From Candidatus Eiseniibacteriota bacterium (GTDB taxonomy: Bacteria; Eisenbacteria; RBG-16-71-46), in the NCBI GenBank assembly GCA_963707915.1, contig OY970178.1, forward strand, positions 64,001 through 128,000: 64,000 nucleotides of DNA. The letters run 5' to 3'. The notes beneath the pieces were generated by a model, which searched no databases, had not been told where the DNA came from, and saw nothing but the letters and a program-made list of their open reading frames with translations. Positions within the stretch are counted from its first letter, which is position 1, and every line of letters starts with the position of its first letter. This document shows positions 30,742 to 39,411 of this stretch, piece by piece. A program made the position numbers and the translations under genes.

Positions 30742-31929
30742 ATGAAGTACGCCATCATCCTGCCCGACGGAGCGGCCGACGTCCCGCTCGAGCCGCTGGG
30801 CGGACGGACCCCGCTGGAGGCCGCCCGCATCCCCTGCATGGATCGCGTCGCGGGGAGCGGCCGGCTGGGTCGTTTCGTGACCATCCCGGACGGGTTCACG
30901 CCGGCCACGGATGTCGGCACGCTCTCGGTCCTCGGCTACGATCCGCACGTCTGCTACTCGGGGCGCGCGCCGATCGAGGCCGCGGCGAAGGGGCTGGCGG
31001 TGCGGGCCGACCAGCTGGTCTTCCGCTGCAACTTCGTGACGGTCCTCGACGGCCTCATGAAGGACAACACCGCCGGCCACATCCACCAGGACGAGGCCGA
31101 GGCGCTGATCGTCGCACTGCAGCGGGAGCTGGCGGAGGAAGGCTGCGAGTTCCACGCGGGCGTGACCTACCGCAACCTGATGCTCCTCGCCGATGCCACG
31201 GAGATGACGCTGCGCTGCGCGCCGCCGCACGACATCATCGGCGAGCCGGTCGCGGCGCACCTGCCCCGGGGCGGGGGCGCCGCGCGGGTCGCGGCGATCG
31301 CTGAACGGGCTCGCGCGGTGATCGCCGCTCACGAGGTGAACCGGGAGCGGCGGGCGCAGGGGCGCGACCCGGTCACCGACATCTGGCTCTGGGGCCAGGG
31401 CCGCCCGACGGTGCTCGAGCCCTTCGCCGCGCGCTTCGGGGTGCGCTCCGCGGTCATCACCGGCGTGGACATCCTGCGCGGCATGGCCCGCCTGGCGGGG
31501 ATGGAGCTGCTCGAGGTGCCGGGCGCGACGGGCTACATCGACACGAACTACGCCGGCAAGGGGGCGGCGGCGGTGCGCGCGCTGGACGAGTTCGACCTGG
31601 TCGTCGTCCACGTCGAGGCGGCCGACGAGTCCGCGCACATGGGCAGTGCCGGGGAGAAGGTCAAGGCGCTCGAGCGGATCGACGAGGCGGTCGTCGGGCC
31701 GCTCCTCGAGCGGCTGGCCTGCGAGCCCGACTGGCGCGTGTTGGTGGCGGTCGATCATCCGACCCTGACCACGACGCGCGGGCACTCGGCCATCCCGCCG
31801 CTGTTCGCCTTCGCCGGCACCGGCGTCGCCGCGGTCGAGTGCGCCGCGTTCACGGAGGCGGCGGCCGACGCGGGCGGCTACTGGGTGCGGCCGGCCCACG
31901 ACCTGATGCGCATCTTCCTCGGGCGCTGA
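30742..31929 (+). CDS. apgM: Cofactor-independent phosphoglycerate mutase, ApgM/AlkP superfamily (similar to the 'proposed homoserine kinase' group)
   Basis: Motifs 'DGAAD', 'GRTPLEAA', 'LGYDP', 'GRAPIEAA', 'WLWGQG', 'GATGYIDTNY', 'HVEAADESAH' and 'DHPT'. Confidence 0.87.
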   Translation: MKYAIILPDGAADVPLEPLGGRTPLEAARIPCMDRVAGSGRLGRFVTIPDGFTPATDVGTLSVLGYDPHVCYSGRAPIEAAAKGLAVRADQLVFRCNFVTVLDGLMKDNTAGHIHQDEAEALIVALQRELAEEGCEFHAGVTYRNLMLLADATEMTLRCAPPHDIIGEPVAAHLPRGGGAARVAAIAERARAVIAAHEVNRERRAQGRDPVTDIWLWGQGRPTVLEPFAARFGVRSAVITGVDILRGMARLAGMELLEVPGATGYIDTNYAGKGAAAVRALDEFDLVVVHVEAADESAHMGSAGEKVKALERIDEAVVGPLLERLACEPDWRVLVAVDHPTLTTTRGHSAIPPLFAFAGTGVAAVECAAFTEAAADAGGYWVRPAHDLMRIFLGR

Positions 31930-31988
31930 TCGACGCGGTCCGGGGCGTCGGATCCGTCTCCAGCGTGCCCGGTCCGGCCCGCCGCGCG

Positions 31989-33413
31989 CTACTTCCGCCG
32001 CGCGCCGAGCAGCGCGCGGTCGAGGTCGGCGATGATGTCGTCGGGGTGCTCGGCCCCCACGCAGAGGCGGATCAGGTTCGGCGGGATGCCCGCGAGCCGG
32101 CGGCCCGCCTCGCCCTGCTGCTGGTGGGTCGAGATCGCGGGGATGGTGGCGACGCTCTTGATCCGTCCCAGGTCGGTCGCGCGCCAGATCCGCTCCAGCC
32201 CGTCGAAGACCTTCCGCGTCGTCGCGGCCCCGCCCTTCACGCCGAACGACATCAGGTGCCCGTAGCGGTTGACGGGCTTGCCGTAGAGGTCGTCGTGCTC
32301 CGCGTCCACCAGCCACAGGTAGCGGCTGGCCAGCTCGTGCAGCGGGTGGTCCGGCAGGCCGAGGTACTCGACGCGCTCGACCATCGGGTGGCACCTGAGC
32401 CAGGCCGCCACCTTCATGGTGCTGCGGCTCATCAGGTCCATCTTCGAGCGCAGCGTGCGCATGTCGTTGAGCGTCATGATCGCCTGCAGCGGGTGCAGGT
32501 TCGGGCCGTAGTCGCGGTTCGGCAGGTACTTGATGTAGAGCGCGAAGTCCTCGCGCAGGGCGTCGATCGGGATGTTGGTCACCAGCCCCTTGCGCGCGAT
32601 GACCGCGCCGCAGATGCCGAAGCCGCTCGAGGACAGGGTCTTCGACGCCGACTGCACCACGATGTCCGCGCCGTGGCGGATGGGGCGCAGCAAGGCCGGG
32701 GTGGCGATCGTGCTGTCCACGATCAGCGGCAGCCCATGCTCGTGGGCGATGTCCGCCACGGCCTGGATGTCGAAGAAGCCCTGCTGCGGGTTGCTCGGCA
32801 GCTCGCCGTAGAGGAAGCGCGTGTTCTTGTCGATCTTCCGGGCCCACTCGTCGAGGTCGGTGGGGTCGTGGATCCAGCGGCACTCGATGTCGCGCTCCTG
32901 CTGCAGGCGCACGCTGAACTGCTGGAAGGTGCCGCCGTAGCACTGGGCGGTGGCCAGGAAGTTGCGGGGCTCGTGCGCGTCGTGCCGGGTGTGCAGCAGG
33001 AACGGCTGGACGGCGGTCATGATGGCCGCCATGCCGGAGGAGGTCGAACAGCAGGAGGTCTCGCCCTCGAAGCCGTAGCCCTCGAGCAGCGCCAGCGCCC
33101 ACTCGTAGTAGTAGGTGGACGGGTTCGCGATGCGCGAGTAGGTCCAGGAGGGGATCAGGTAGGCGAGCGCCGCCGCCATCTCGTCGGAGTCGCGAAAGGC
33201 CTGGGAGGTGGACATGAAGATGGGCTCGATGATCGAGCCCTGGTAGTCCTCGATCGCGTCCTGCACCGAGTAGAGGCCGTGGACGGCGATGGTGTCGAAG
33301 CGCCACTTCTTCACGACGTCGCGGATGTACGCGGCGCGCCTCGCGAGGTACTCGTCGTTGCGGTCGATGTACGCCTGCATCCCCGGCGTGATCTCGATGT
33401 CTCGGTCGGCCAT
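31989..33413 (-). CDS. Cys/Met metabolism PLP-dependent enzyme (O-acylhomoserine sulfhydrylase / cystathionine gamma-synthase-like)
   Basis: Motifs 'YSRIANPS', 'SSGMAAI', 'YGGT', 'PSNP', 'LIVDSTIATP' and 'IRLCVGAE'. PLP lysine in 'QSASK'. Confidence 0.85.
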   Translation of the reverse strand: MADRDIEITPGMQAYIDRNDEYLARRAAYIRDVVKKWRFDTIAVHGLYSVQDAIEDYQGSIIEPIFMSTSQAFRDSDEMAAALAYLIPSWTYSRIANPSTYYYEWALALLEGYGFEGETSCCSTSSGMAAIMTAVQPFLLHTRHDAHEPRNFLATAQCYGGTFQQFSVRLQQERDIECRWIHDPTDLDEWARKIDKNTRFLYGELPSNPQQGFFDIQAVADIAHEHGLPLIVDSTIATPALLRPIRHGADIVVQSASKTLSSSGFGICGAVIARKGLVTNIPIDALREDFALYIKYLPNRDYGPNLHPLQAIMTLNDMRTLRSKMDLMSRSTMKVAAWLRCHPMVERVEYLGLPDHPLHELASRYLWLVDAEHDDLYGKPVNRYGHLMSFGVKGGAATTRKVFDGLERIWRATDLGRIKSVATIPAISTHQQQGEAGRRLAGIPPNLIRLCVGAEHPDDIIADLDRALLGARRK

Positions 33414-33534
33414 GGAGCACCTCCGCGGCGATTCTTGGAACGAACGGAAGAGCGTGTAAGATACCTCAGGCGGCGGGGGCGGCGACACCGTTCCCTGCCG
33501 GCGTGGCGGGCCCATCCCGCGGAGAGCCGCAGCG

Positions 33535-34911
33535 ATGACCAGCGAATCCATCCGTTTCACCAGCACCAACCGGGGCGTGCCGCCGGCCGACCTGCGCGGT
33601 GCCCTGCTGCAGGGCCAGGCGGCCGACCGGGGCCTGTTCGTGCCCGCGACGGTGCCGCCGCTGGGCCCCGGGGACCTCGCGTCGCTGGTCGGCCGGTCGT
33701 ACGCGGAGGTCGCCTGGTTCGTGCTGCGGCGCTTCACCGCCGGCGTGGTCGACGACTCGCGGCTGCGGGCCCTGTGCACGGACGCCTACGACTTCGACGT
33801 CCCGCTCGAACGGGTCGAGGGCCGCCGCTGGCTCATGCGCCTCGACCACGGGCCGACCGCCTCGTTCAAGGACTTCGCCGCGCGGATGATGGCCCGCTGG
33901 ATGGGCGCCTTCATGGAGGGCGGGCACGAGGAGTTGGTCATCCTGACCGCCACCTCCGGGGACACCGGCAGCGCGGTGGCCCACGCCTACCACGGCGTGC
34001 CCCGCGTCCGGAGCGTCGTGCTGTTCCCGGTGGACGAGGTCTCCGCGCGGCAGCGCCGGCAGATGACCACGCTGGGCGGCAATGTCACGACCTTCGCGGT
34101 GGACGGCAAGTTCGACGACTGCCAGGCGATGGTCAAGCGCGCCTTCGCCGATCCCGACCTGGCCGGCATCCGCCTGAGCAGCGCCAACTCGATCAACGTC
34201 GGCCGGCTGCTGCCGCAGTCGGTCTACTACGTCTACGCCTACGTCCGGCTCGCCGACGTCGCGGCCCGCGAACCGATGGTCTTCTCGGTCCCCTCGGGCA
34301 ACTTCGGCGACCTGATGGGGGCGGTGCTCGCGACCCGCATGGGCGTGCCCATCCCGCGGGTGGTCATCGCGACCAACGCGAACGACGAGGTCCCGCGCTT
34401 CTTCGCCACCGGCCGCTACGAGAAGATCGTCCCCTCGCGGGTGTGCATCTCGAACGCCATGAACGTCGGGCACCCCTCGAACCTCGCGCGCCTGGTGGAC
34501 GCCTACGGCGGCTGGATGGACGAGACCGGCGCGCTTCGCGAGCCTCCCGACCTGGCCCGGATGCGCCGTGACTTCCTCGCGGTGAGCATCCCCGACGACG
34601 AGACCCGTGCGACGATCCGCGAGGCCTGGCGGCGGCACGAGACCCTGCTGGAGCCGCACGGGGCGGTCGGCTGGGCGGGACTGCAGCGCTTCCTGGCGGA
34701 GCCCGGCTCGCCGGCCGACCCGCTGGCGGTCTCGATCGAGACCGCGCATCCGGCGAAGTTCCCCGAGGAGATCCAGGCGCTGCTCGGCATCGACCCCGTC
34801 CTGCCGCCCAGCCTAGCCGGGATCGAGTCGCGGCCCGAGCAGTACGGACACCTGACCACCGAGTACGCCCCGTTCCGGGACTTCCTGAAGGAGCGCTTCC
34901 TCCGGGCCTGA
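33535..34911 (+). CDS. thrC: Threonine synthase
   Basis: Motifs 'HGPTASFKDF', 'ATSGDTG', 'Q..QM', 'FDDCQ', 'SANSINVGRLLPQ', 'VPSGNFG' and 'TAHPAKF'. Confidence 0.95.
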   Translation: MTSESIRFTSTNRGVPPADLRGALLQGQAADRGLFVPATVPPLGPGDLASLVGRSYAEVAWFVLRRFTAGVVDDSRLRALCTDAYDFDVPLERVEGRRWLMRLDHGPTASFKDFAARMMARWMGAFMEGGHEELVILTATSGDTGSAVAHAYHGVPRVRSVVLFPVDEVSARQRRQMTTLGGNVTTFAVDGKFDDCQAMVKRAFADPDLAGIRLSSANSINVGRLLPQSVYYVYAYVRLADVAAREPMVFSVPSGNFGDLMGAVLATRMGVPIPRVVIATNANDEVPRFFATGRYEKIVPSRVCISNAMNVGHPSNLARLVDAYGGWMDETGALREPPDLARMRRDFLAVSIPDDETRATIREAWRRHETLLEPHGAVGWAGLQRFLAEPGSPADPLAVSIETAHPAKFPEEIQALLGIDPVLPPSLAGIESRPEQYGHLTTEYAPFRDFLKERFLRA

Positions 34912-34964
34912 AGCGGGTGACACCGGGCACGGCCGCGCCGCACGCCCATCGCGAAGGAGCACGA

Positions 34965-36206
34965 ATGTCGGTCATCAAGCCGTTCCGCGCCTATCGACCG
35001 CGTCCCGATCTGGCCCGCGACGTCGCGAGCTTCCCCTACGACGTGATCAATTCCCAGGAGGCGCGCGAGCTGGCCCGCGGCAACCCGGTCTCGTTCCTGC
35101 ACGTCTGCAAGCCCGAGATCGACCTCGACCCGTCGGTCGACGTGCACGACGACCGGGTCTACGCGAAGGGACGCGAGAACCTCCGCCGGCTCATCGCCGA
35201 GGGCACGCTGGTGCGGGACGCGAGCCCCTGCCTCTACGTCTACCAGCAGCGCATGGGCGATCACGTCCAGGCCGGCCTGGTCACGCTGTGCAGCGTGCGC
35301 GAGTACGAGCAGGACCTCGTCAAGAAGCACGAGCACACGCGTCCCGACAAGGAGGACGACCGGACCCGCCACGTCACCGAGGCCAACGCGAACGCCGAGC
35401 CGGTGTTCCTCGCCTACCGGGCGCGCCGGGAGATCGACCGGATCGTGGACGCCGTGCGCGCCCGCCCCGCCGCGTACGACTTCGTCGCCAGCGACGGCAT
35501 CGGGCACGCGCTCTGGGTGGTCTCCGATCCCGCCGAGATCGCCGCGCTGGTGAAGCTCTTCGCCGGCATCCCGGCGCTGTACGTGGCCGACGGTCACCAC
35601 CGCACGGCCGCCGCCTGCCGTCACGGCCAGAAGATGCGCGCCGCGCACCCGGGCGGGACGGGGGAGGAGCCCTACGAGTCGTTCATGGCGGTGGTGTTCC
35701 CGCACGACCAGCTCAAGATCCTCGACTACAACCGCGTGGTGAAGGACCTGAACGGCCTGCTTCCCGAGGCGTTCCTGGCCAGGGTCTCCGAGCGCTTCAC
35801 GGTGGGCCCGGGACAGGCGGTCACGCCCGCCGTGCCGCACCGCTTCGGCATGTACCTGGGCGGAAGGTGGCACACGCTCGAGGCGAAGCCCGGGACGTTC
35901 GCGGCCGACGATCCCATCCGGGGGCTGGATGTCTCGATCCTGCAGGACAACCTGCTCGCCCCCGTCCTCGGCATCGCCGATCCGCGCAAGGACCAGCGCA
36001 TCGACTTCGTCGGCGGCATCCGCGGCCTGGCCGAGCTCGAGAAGCGCTGCCGGGAGGGCTGGACGGTGGCCTTCGCGATGCACCCCACGTCGCTGGACGA
36101 GCTGATGAAGGTCGCCGACGCGAACGTCGTGATGCCGCCCAAGTCCACCTGGTTCGAGCCGAAGCTGCGCAGCGGGCTGACGGTGAACCTGCTCGACGAA
36201 GCTTGA
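34965..36206 (+). CDS. DUF1015 domain protein (carries a ParB/Srx-like DGHHR motif)
   Basis: AAGGAG RBS. Motifs 'PYDV', 'KHEHT', 'YVADGHHR', 'FVGGIRG' and 'MPPKSTWFEPKLRSGL'. Confidence 0.9.
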   Translation: MSVIKPFRAYRPRPDLARDVASFPYDVINSQEARELARGNPVSFLHVCKPEIDLDPSVDVHDDRVYAKGRENLRRLIAEGTLVRDASPCLYVYQQRMGDHVQAGLVTLCSVREYEQDLVKKHEHTRPDKEDDRTRHVTEANANAEPVFLAYRARREIDRIVDAVRARPAAYDFVASDGIGHALWVVSDPAEIAALVKLFAGIPALYVADGHHRTAAACRHGQKMRAAHPGGTGEEPYESFMAVVFPHDQLKILDYNRVVKDLNGLLPEAFLARVSERFTVGPGQAVTPAVPHRFGMYLGGRWHTLEAKPGTFAADDPIRGLDVSILQDNLLAPVLGIADPRKDQRIDFVGGIRGLAELEKRCREGWTVAFAMHPTSLDELMKVADANVVMPPKSTWFEPKLRSGLTVNLLDEA

Positions 36207-36230
36207 CGGCGTGCGGGGCCTGCCCGCCGA

Positions 36231-36259
36231 TTGACGCCTCCACCGGGTCTCTCTACACT
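36231..36259 (+). promoter_or_regulatory. Sigma70-type promoter of the metal-efflux operon
   Basis: TTGACG-17 bp-TACACT, near consensus in a very GC-rich background. Confidence 0.7.
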
Positions 36260-36321
36260 TGTCCACCCCCGTAGATGGGTGGTCCCCGGTGGGGGCGTCC
36301 GCGTTGGCAGGAGGCAGCAGG

Positions 36322-36669
36322 GTGAGGATCGGCTTGCGACTCGTCCGGATCGTGGCGCTCACGCTCGCCGTCGCGTTCCTCGCGACGACGGCGGCGATGC
36401 CGTCCGAGCTCCGTGCGGAGTCGTCTGCCGCCGCGCATCACGACGGCGCCCGCTGCCCCGATCCCGGGCCGGACAGCGCCTCGTGCGGTGCCGACTGCAT
36501 CTGCGCCTGCTGCCCCGGGCAGGCCCCGGTCGCCACGCCGGGCGAGAGCGGTATCGGACCCGCTGCGCGCACGACCTGCGGCCGCCACGCCCCGGCGGAC
36601 GAGGGCCTCCGCTCGGACGGCCCCGGTCGAAGCATCTTCCATCCTCCGCGGCGCCTCGCTCCAGCCTAG
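36322..36669 (+). CDS. Small Cys/His-rich exported leader protein (CzcI/CutF/DUF2946-like) ending in HPPR
   Basis: AGGAGG RBS then GTG. Hydrophobic N-terminus, 'HH...CPDP...CGADCICACCPG' and C-terminal 'SIFHPPRR'. Confidence 0.72.
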   Translation: MRIGLRLVRIVALTLAVAFLATTAAMPSELRAESSAAAHHDGARCPDPGPDSASCGADCICACCPGQAPVATPGESGIGPAARTTCGRHAPADEGLRSDGPGRSIFHPPRRLAPA

Positions 36670-36761
36670 GGAGCGGTGGCGGGCGCTCACTCGCGCCCGC
36701 GCCAGAGGCGTAACCGGGCGACCCACAGCGGCTGCCCCATCGCGAAAGCAGGTGGAAACGG

Positions 36762-38069
36762 ATGCGATCGTCCATCATGGGGACGGTCTCGGCGACGAGA
36801 CCGTGCTTGGTTCTTTCGACCCTCGTTCTCGGCCTTCACGTCGCCGTCGTTCCGGCCCGCGCGGCGCCGCCGACGTCTCCGCCGCTGCAGGCGGTTGCCG
36901 CCGCGGACACGCTCCGCGTCGGCTGGAAGGACATCGTCCACCTGGCCGACCGGCATCCCGGCCTCTCTGCGGGGCGCTGGAAGGTCGCCGCAGCCCGTGG
37001 GGCGGCCGCCGCAACCGGCACCCTGCCGAATCCCGCGCTGGACGCCACGTTCACGCGCGGCGAGACCTCCGCGTGGCTCGGAGACCGGGCCGAATGGGAG
37101 ATCGGGCTCACTCTCCCGCTGAGTGGGCTCGCGCGGCGCCATCACCTGGTGCGTGCGGCGAACGCCCAGGTGGAGGTCAGCCAGGAGGAGGCGCGGTCGA
37201 TCCGGAGGGAGGTGCTGCTGGAGCTTCGCCTGCTGTTCTGGGACGTGGCCTGCGGGCAGGCCCGCGTCTGCGTGCTCGACACCCTGAACTCCCGGACCGC
37301 GGAGCTCGCGGGGCTGGTCGCCCGTCGTGTCGAGCGGGGAGAGGCGCGGCCGGCCGAGAAGACCCGCGTGGAGATCGAGCTCGAGAGGGTCTCCGGCGAT
37401 CTCGACGCGAGCCGGATCGCGCTGGCCGCCCGCCGTGAGCAGCTGAAGCGGTGGATCGACGGCGGCGGGCGGGAACTCGTGGTCGAGGCGGAGCCCGACG
37501 ACCTGCCGGACGTCCCCGGCCTGGACTCGGCCCTGGCCGCGGTCCGGGCGAGCCACCCCGCGATCGGCGCGGCGCGCGCGCGGGTGCGCTCGTTCGCGGC
37601 CGAGGCCGGTGCCGAGCGGTGGGCGCGGATCCCGGGAGTGGAGTTGCGGGGCTTCGCCGCACGGGAACCGGACCGCCGCACCGGCGGTGGCGGTGTCGCC
37701 TTCGACCTGCCGCTCTGGGACTGGAACTCCGGACGCGCCGCGCAGGCGGGCGCGCAGCTCGAAGCCGGTCGCATGCTGCTGGAGTGGGAGACGCGCCGGA
37801 CGGAGTCGGCGGTCGTCGAGGCGCACGCCGCGTGCCTCGCCACGACCCGCGCCGTGGCCCGCTACCGGGACCGCATCCTGCCGCGCGCCGAATCCCTGGC
37901 CGCGATCATGGAGAAGACCTACCGGCTCGGCGAGGCCGGCCTGCTCGAGCTGATCGACGCCCGGCGCGTGCTGGTGGAAACGCGGCTGGGCTACCTCGCC
38001 ACGCTGGCCCAGGCGCAATCGGACTGCAGCCGTCTCAGTGCCCTCACCGGGCAGGAGGACACCCCTTGA
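36762..38069 (+). CDS. TolC-family outer-membrane efflux protein (CzcC-like)
   Basis: Motifs 'PNPAL', 'LPLWDWNSG' and 'YRLGEAGLLELIDARR'. First of a tripartite operon. Exact start uncertain. Confidence 0.87.
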   Translation: MRSSIMGTVSATRPCLVLSTLVLGLHVAVVPARAAPPTSPPLQAVAAADTLRVGWKDIVHLADRHPGLSAGRWKVAAARGAAAATGTLPNPALDATFTRGETSAWLGDRAEWEIGLTLPLSGLARRHHLVRAANAQVEVSQEEARSIRREVLLELRLLFWDVACGQARVCVLDTLNSRTAELAGLVARRVERGEARPAEKTRVEIELERVSGDLDASRIALAARREQLKRWIDGGGRELVVEAEPDDLPDVPGLDSALAAVRASHPAIGAARARVRSFAAEAGAERWARIPGVELRGFAAREPDRRTGGGGVAFDLPLWDWNSGRAAQAGAQLEAGRMLLEWETRRTESAVVEAHAACLATTRAVARYRDRILPRAESLAAIMEKTYRLGEAGLLELIDARRVLVETRLGYLATLAQAQSDCSRLSALTGQEDTP

Positions 38070-39403
38070 AGCTCGCCCCGCTCGTCTCGCTCTCCATCGT
38101 CGGGCTCTTCCTGGCCCTGTCCGCCGTCTCGTGCGGACGCCCCGCGGCCAGCTCCGCGCGCAACGCCACGCCTGCCGGGGGGGCCCCGGTGGACTCGGCC
38201 GGCGGCGCCGTCGTGAAGACCGAGGCGCCGGAGCCCTCGGACCTCGACCGCCCCGTCGACGAGCTGTTCAAACTGACCTGCGAACACCGGAAGAAGACCT
38301 TCGAGTGCGACGAGTGTCGATACGAGACGGGGGTCGTTCGAGCACCCGCGAGTCTCTTCGCCGGAGGCCTCCTCAAGGCCCAGCCGATCACCCGCCAGCG
38401 GATCAGGATCTCGCTTCAACTGACAGGCGAGGTGCAGTTCGATGCGCGTCGGGTCTCCCATCTCGGCACGCAGGCCGAGGGAACCGTCCGCGACGTCCGG
38501 GTCGCGCTCGGGGAGCGGGTGAAGCGGGGCCAGGCCCTGATCGAGATCGAGAGCGTGGCGGTCGGCGAGGCCGAGGGAGCATTCCTGGAGGCGCAGGCGG
38601 TGCTGCGGCTCGCCCGGCGCAATCACGAGCGGGTGGCCGGGCTGCGCGCGGAAGCGATCGCCTCGGAACGGGAGTTCCTCCAGTCCCGCCAGGAGCTCGA
38701 GGCGGCCGAGATCCGCGCGGCGTCGACCGAGGGCGTGCTCACGCGTCTCGGTACGACCGCGGCGGATGTGAAGAACCTGAGCCAGGCGTCCGCGCGTGGC
38801 TGCCTGACGCTGCGCGCGCCGGCCGATGGCGTCCTGCTCTCCCTCCACGCGGTCCCCGGTGAGAGGGCGAGGACCGATGAGGACCTGGCGACGATCGGCG
38901 ACAAGTCCACGCTCTGGGTGTGGTGTGATCTCTACGAACGGGACCTCGCCAAGATCCATCCCACACGACTCGTCAGGAACCTGCCGGCGACCGTGTCGGT
39001 CAGGGCGTTCCCGGGCGAGGAGTTCCCGGGCACGCTGGACTTCGTCAGCCCCGCCATGGAGGAGGCCTCGCGAACGGTGAGGCTCCGCGTCCTGGTGAAC
39101 AACCCCGAGGGCCGGCTGCTGCCCGGGATGTTCGCGGACGTGAAGGTCTTCCTGCCCGGTGCGGAACAGGGGCTGGCAGTCCCGCGGGACGCCGTCCTCG
39201 AGGACGCGGGGCGTTCCTTCGTCTTCATCCGGCACCACGGCGAGTACTACGTGCGCCGCCCGGTCACCCTGGGACGCACGTGGGGCGACCGCGTCGAAGT
39301 GGTCAGCGGCCTGCGGGGCGGCGAGGTCGTGGTGGCCGGTGGCTCGTTCCTCATGAAGTCCGACGTCCTGCGCTCGAAGATGGGCGCAGGCTGCGCCGAC
39401 TAG
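38066..39403 (+). CDS. RND periplasmic adaptor (CzcB/CusB-like lipoprotein) with an N-terminal Cys/His motif
   Basis: TTG start overlapping the tolC stop, with AGGAGG RBS. Lipobox AVSC. Motifs 'GERVKRGQAL', 'LRAPADG', 'LLPGMF' and 'SGLRGGE'. Confidence 0.87.
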   Translation: MKLAPLVSLSIVGLFLALSAVSCGRPAASSARNATPAGGAPVDSAGGAVVKTEAPEPSDLDRPVDELFKLTCEHRKKTFECDECRYETGVVRAPASLFAGGLLKAQPITRQRIRISLQLTGEVQFDARRVSHLGTQAEGTVRDVRVALGERVKRGQALIEIESVAVGEAEGAFLEAQAVLRLARRNHERVAGLRAEAIASEREFLQSRQELEAAEIRAASTEGVLTRLGTTAADVKNLSQASARGCLTLRAPADGVLLSLHAVPGERARTDEDLATIGDKSTLWVWCDLYERDLAKIHPTRLVRNLPATVSVRAFPGEEFPGTLDFVSPAMEEASRTVRLRVLVNNPEGRLLPGMFADVKVFLPGAEQGLAVPRDAVLEDAGRSFVFIRHHGEYYVRRPVTLGRTWGDRVEVVSGLRGGEVVVAGGSFLMKSDVLRSKMGAGCAD

Positions 39404-39411
39404 GAGGGGCC

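Noticed and set aside
33414..33534. Possible SAM riboswitch, T-box or Thr attenuator between the Met enzyme and thrC
   Set aside because: The region is only 121 bp, with no recognisable aptamer consensus, Thr/Ile-rich leader or U-tailed terminator.
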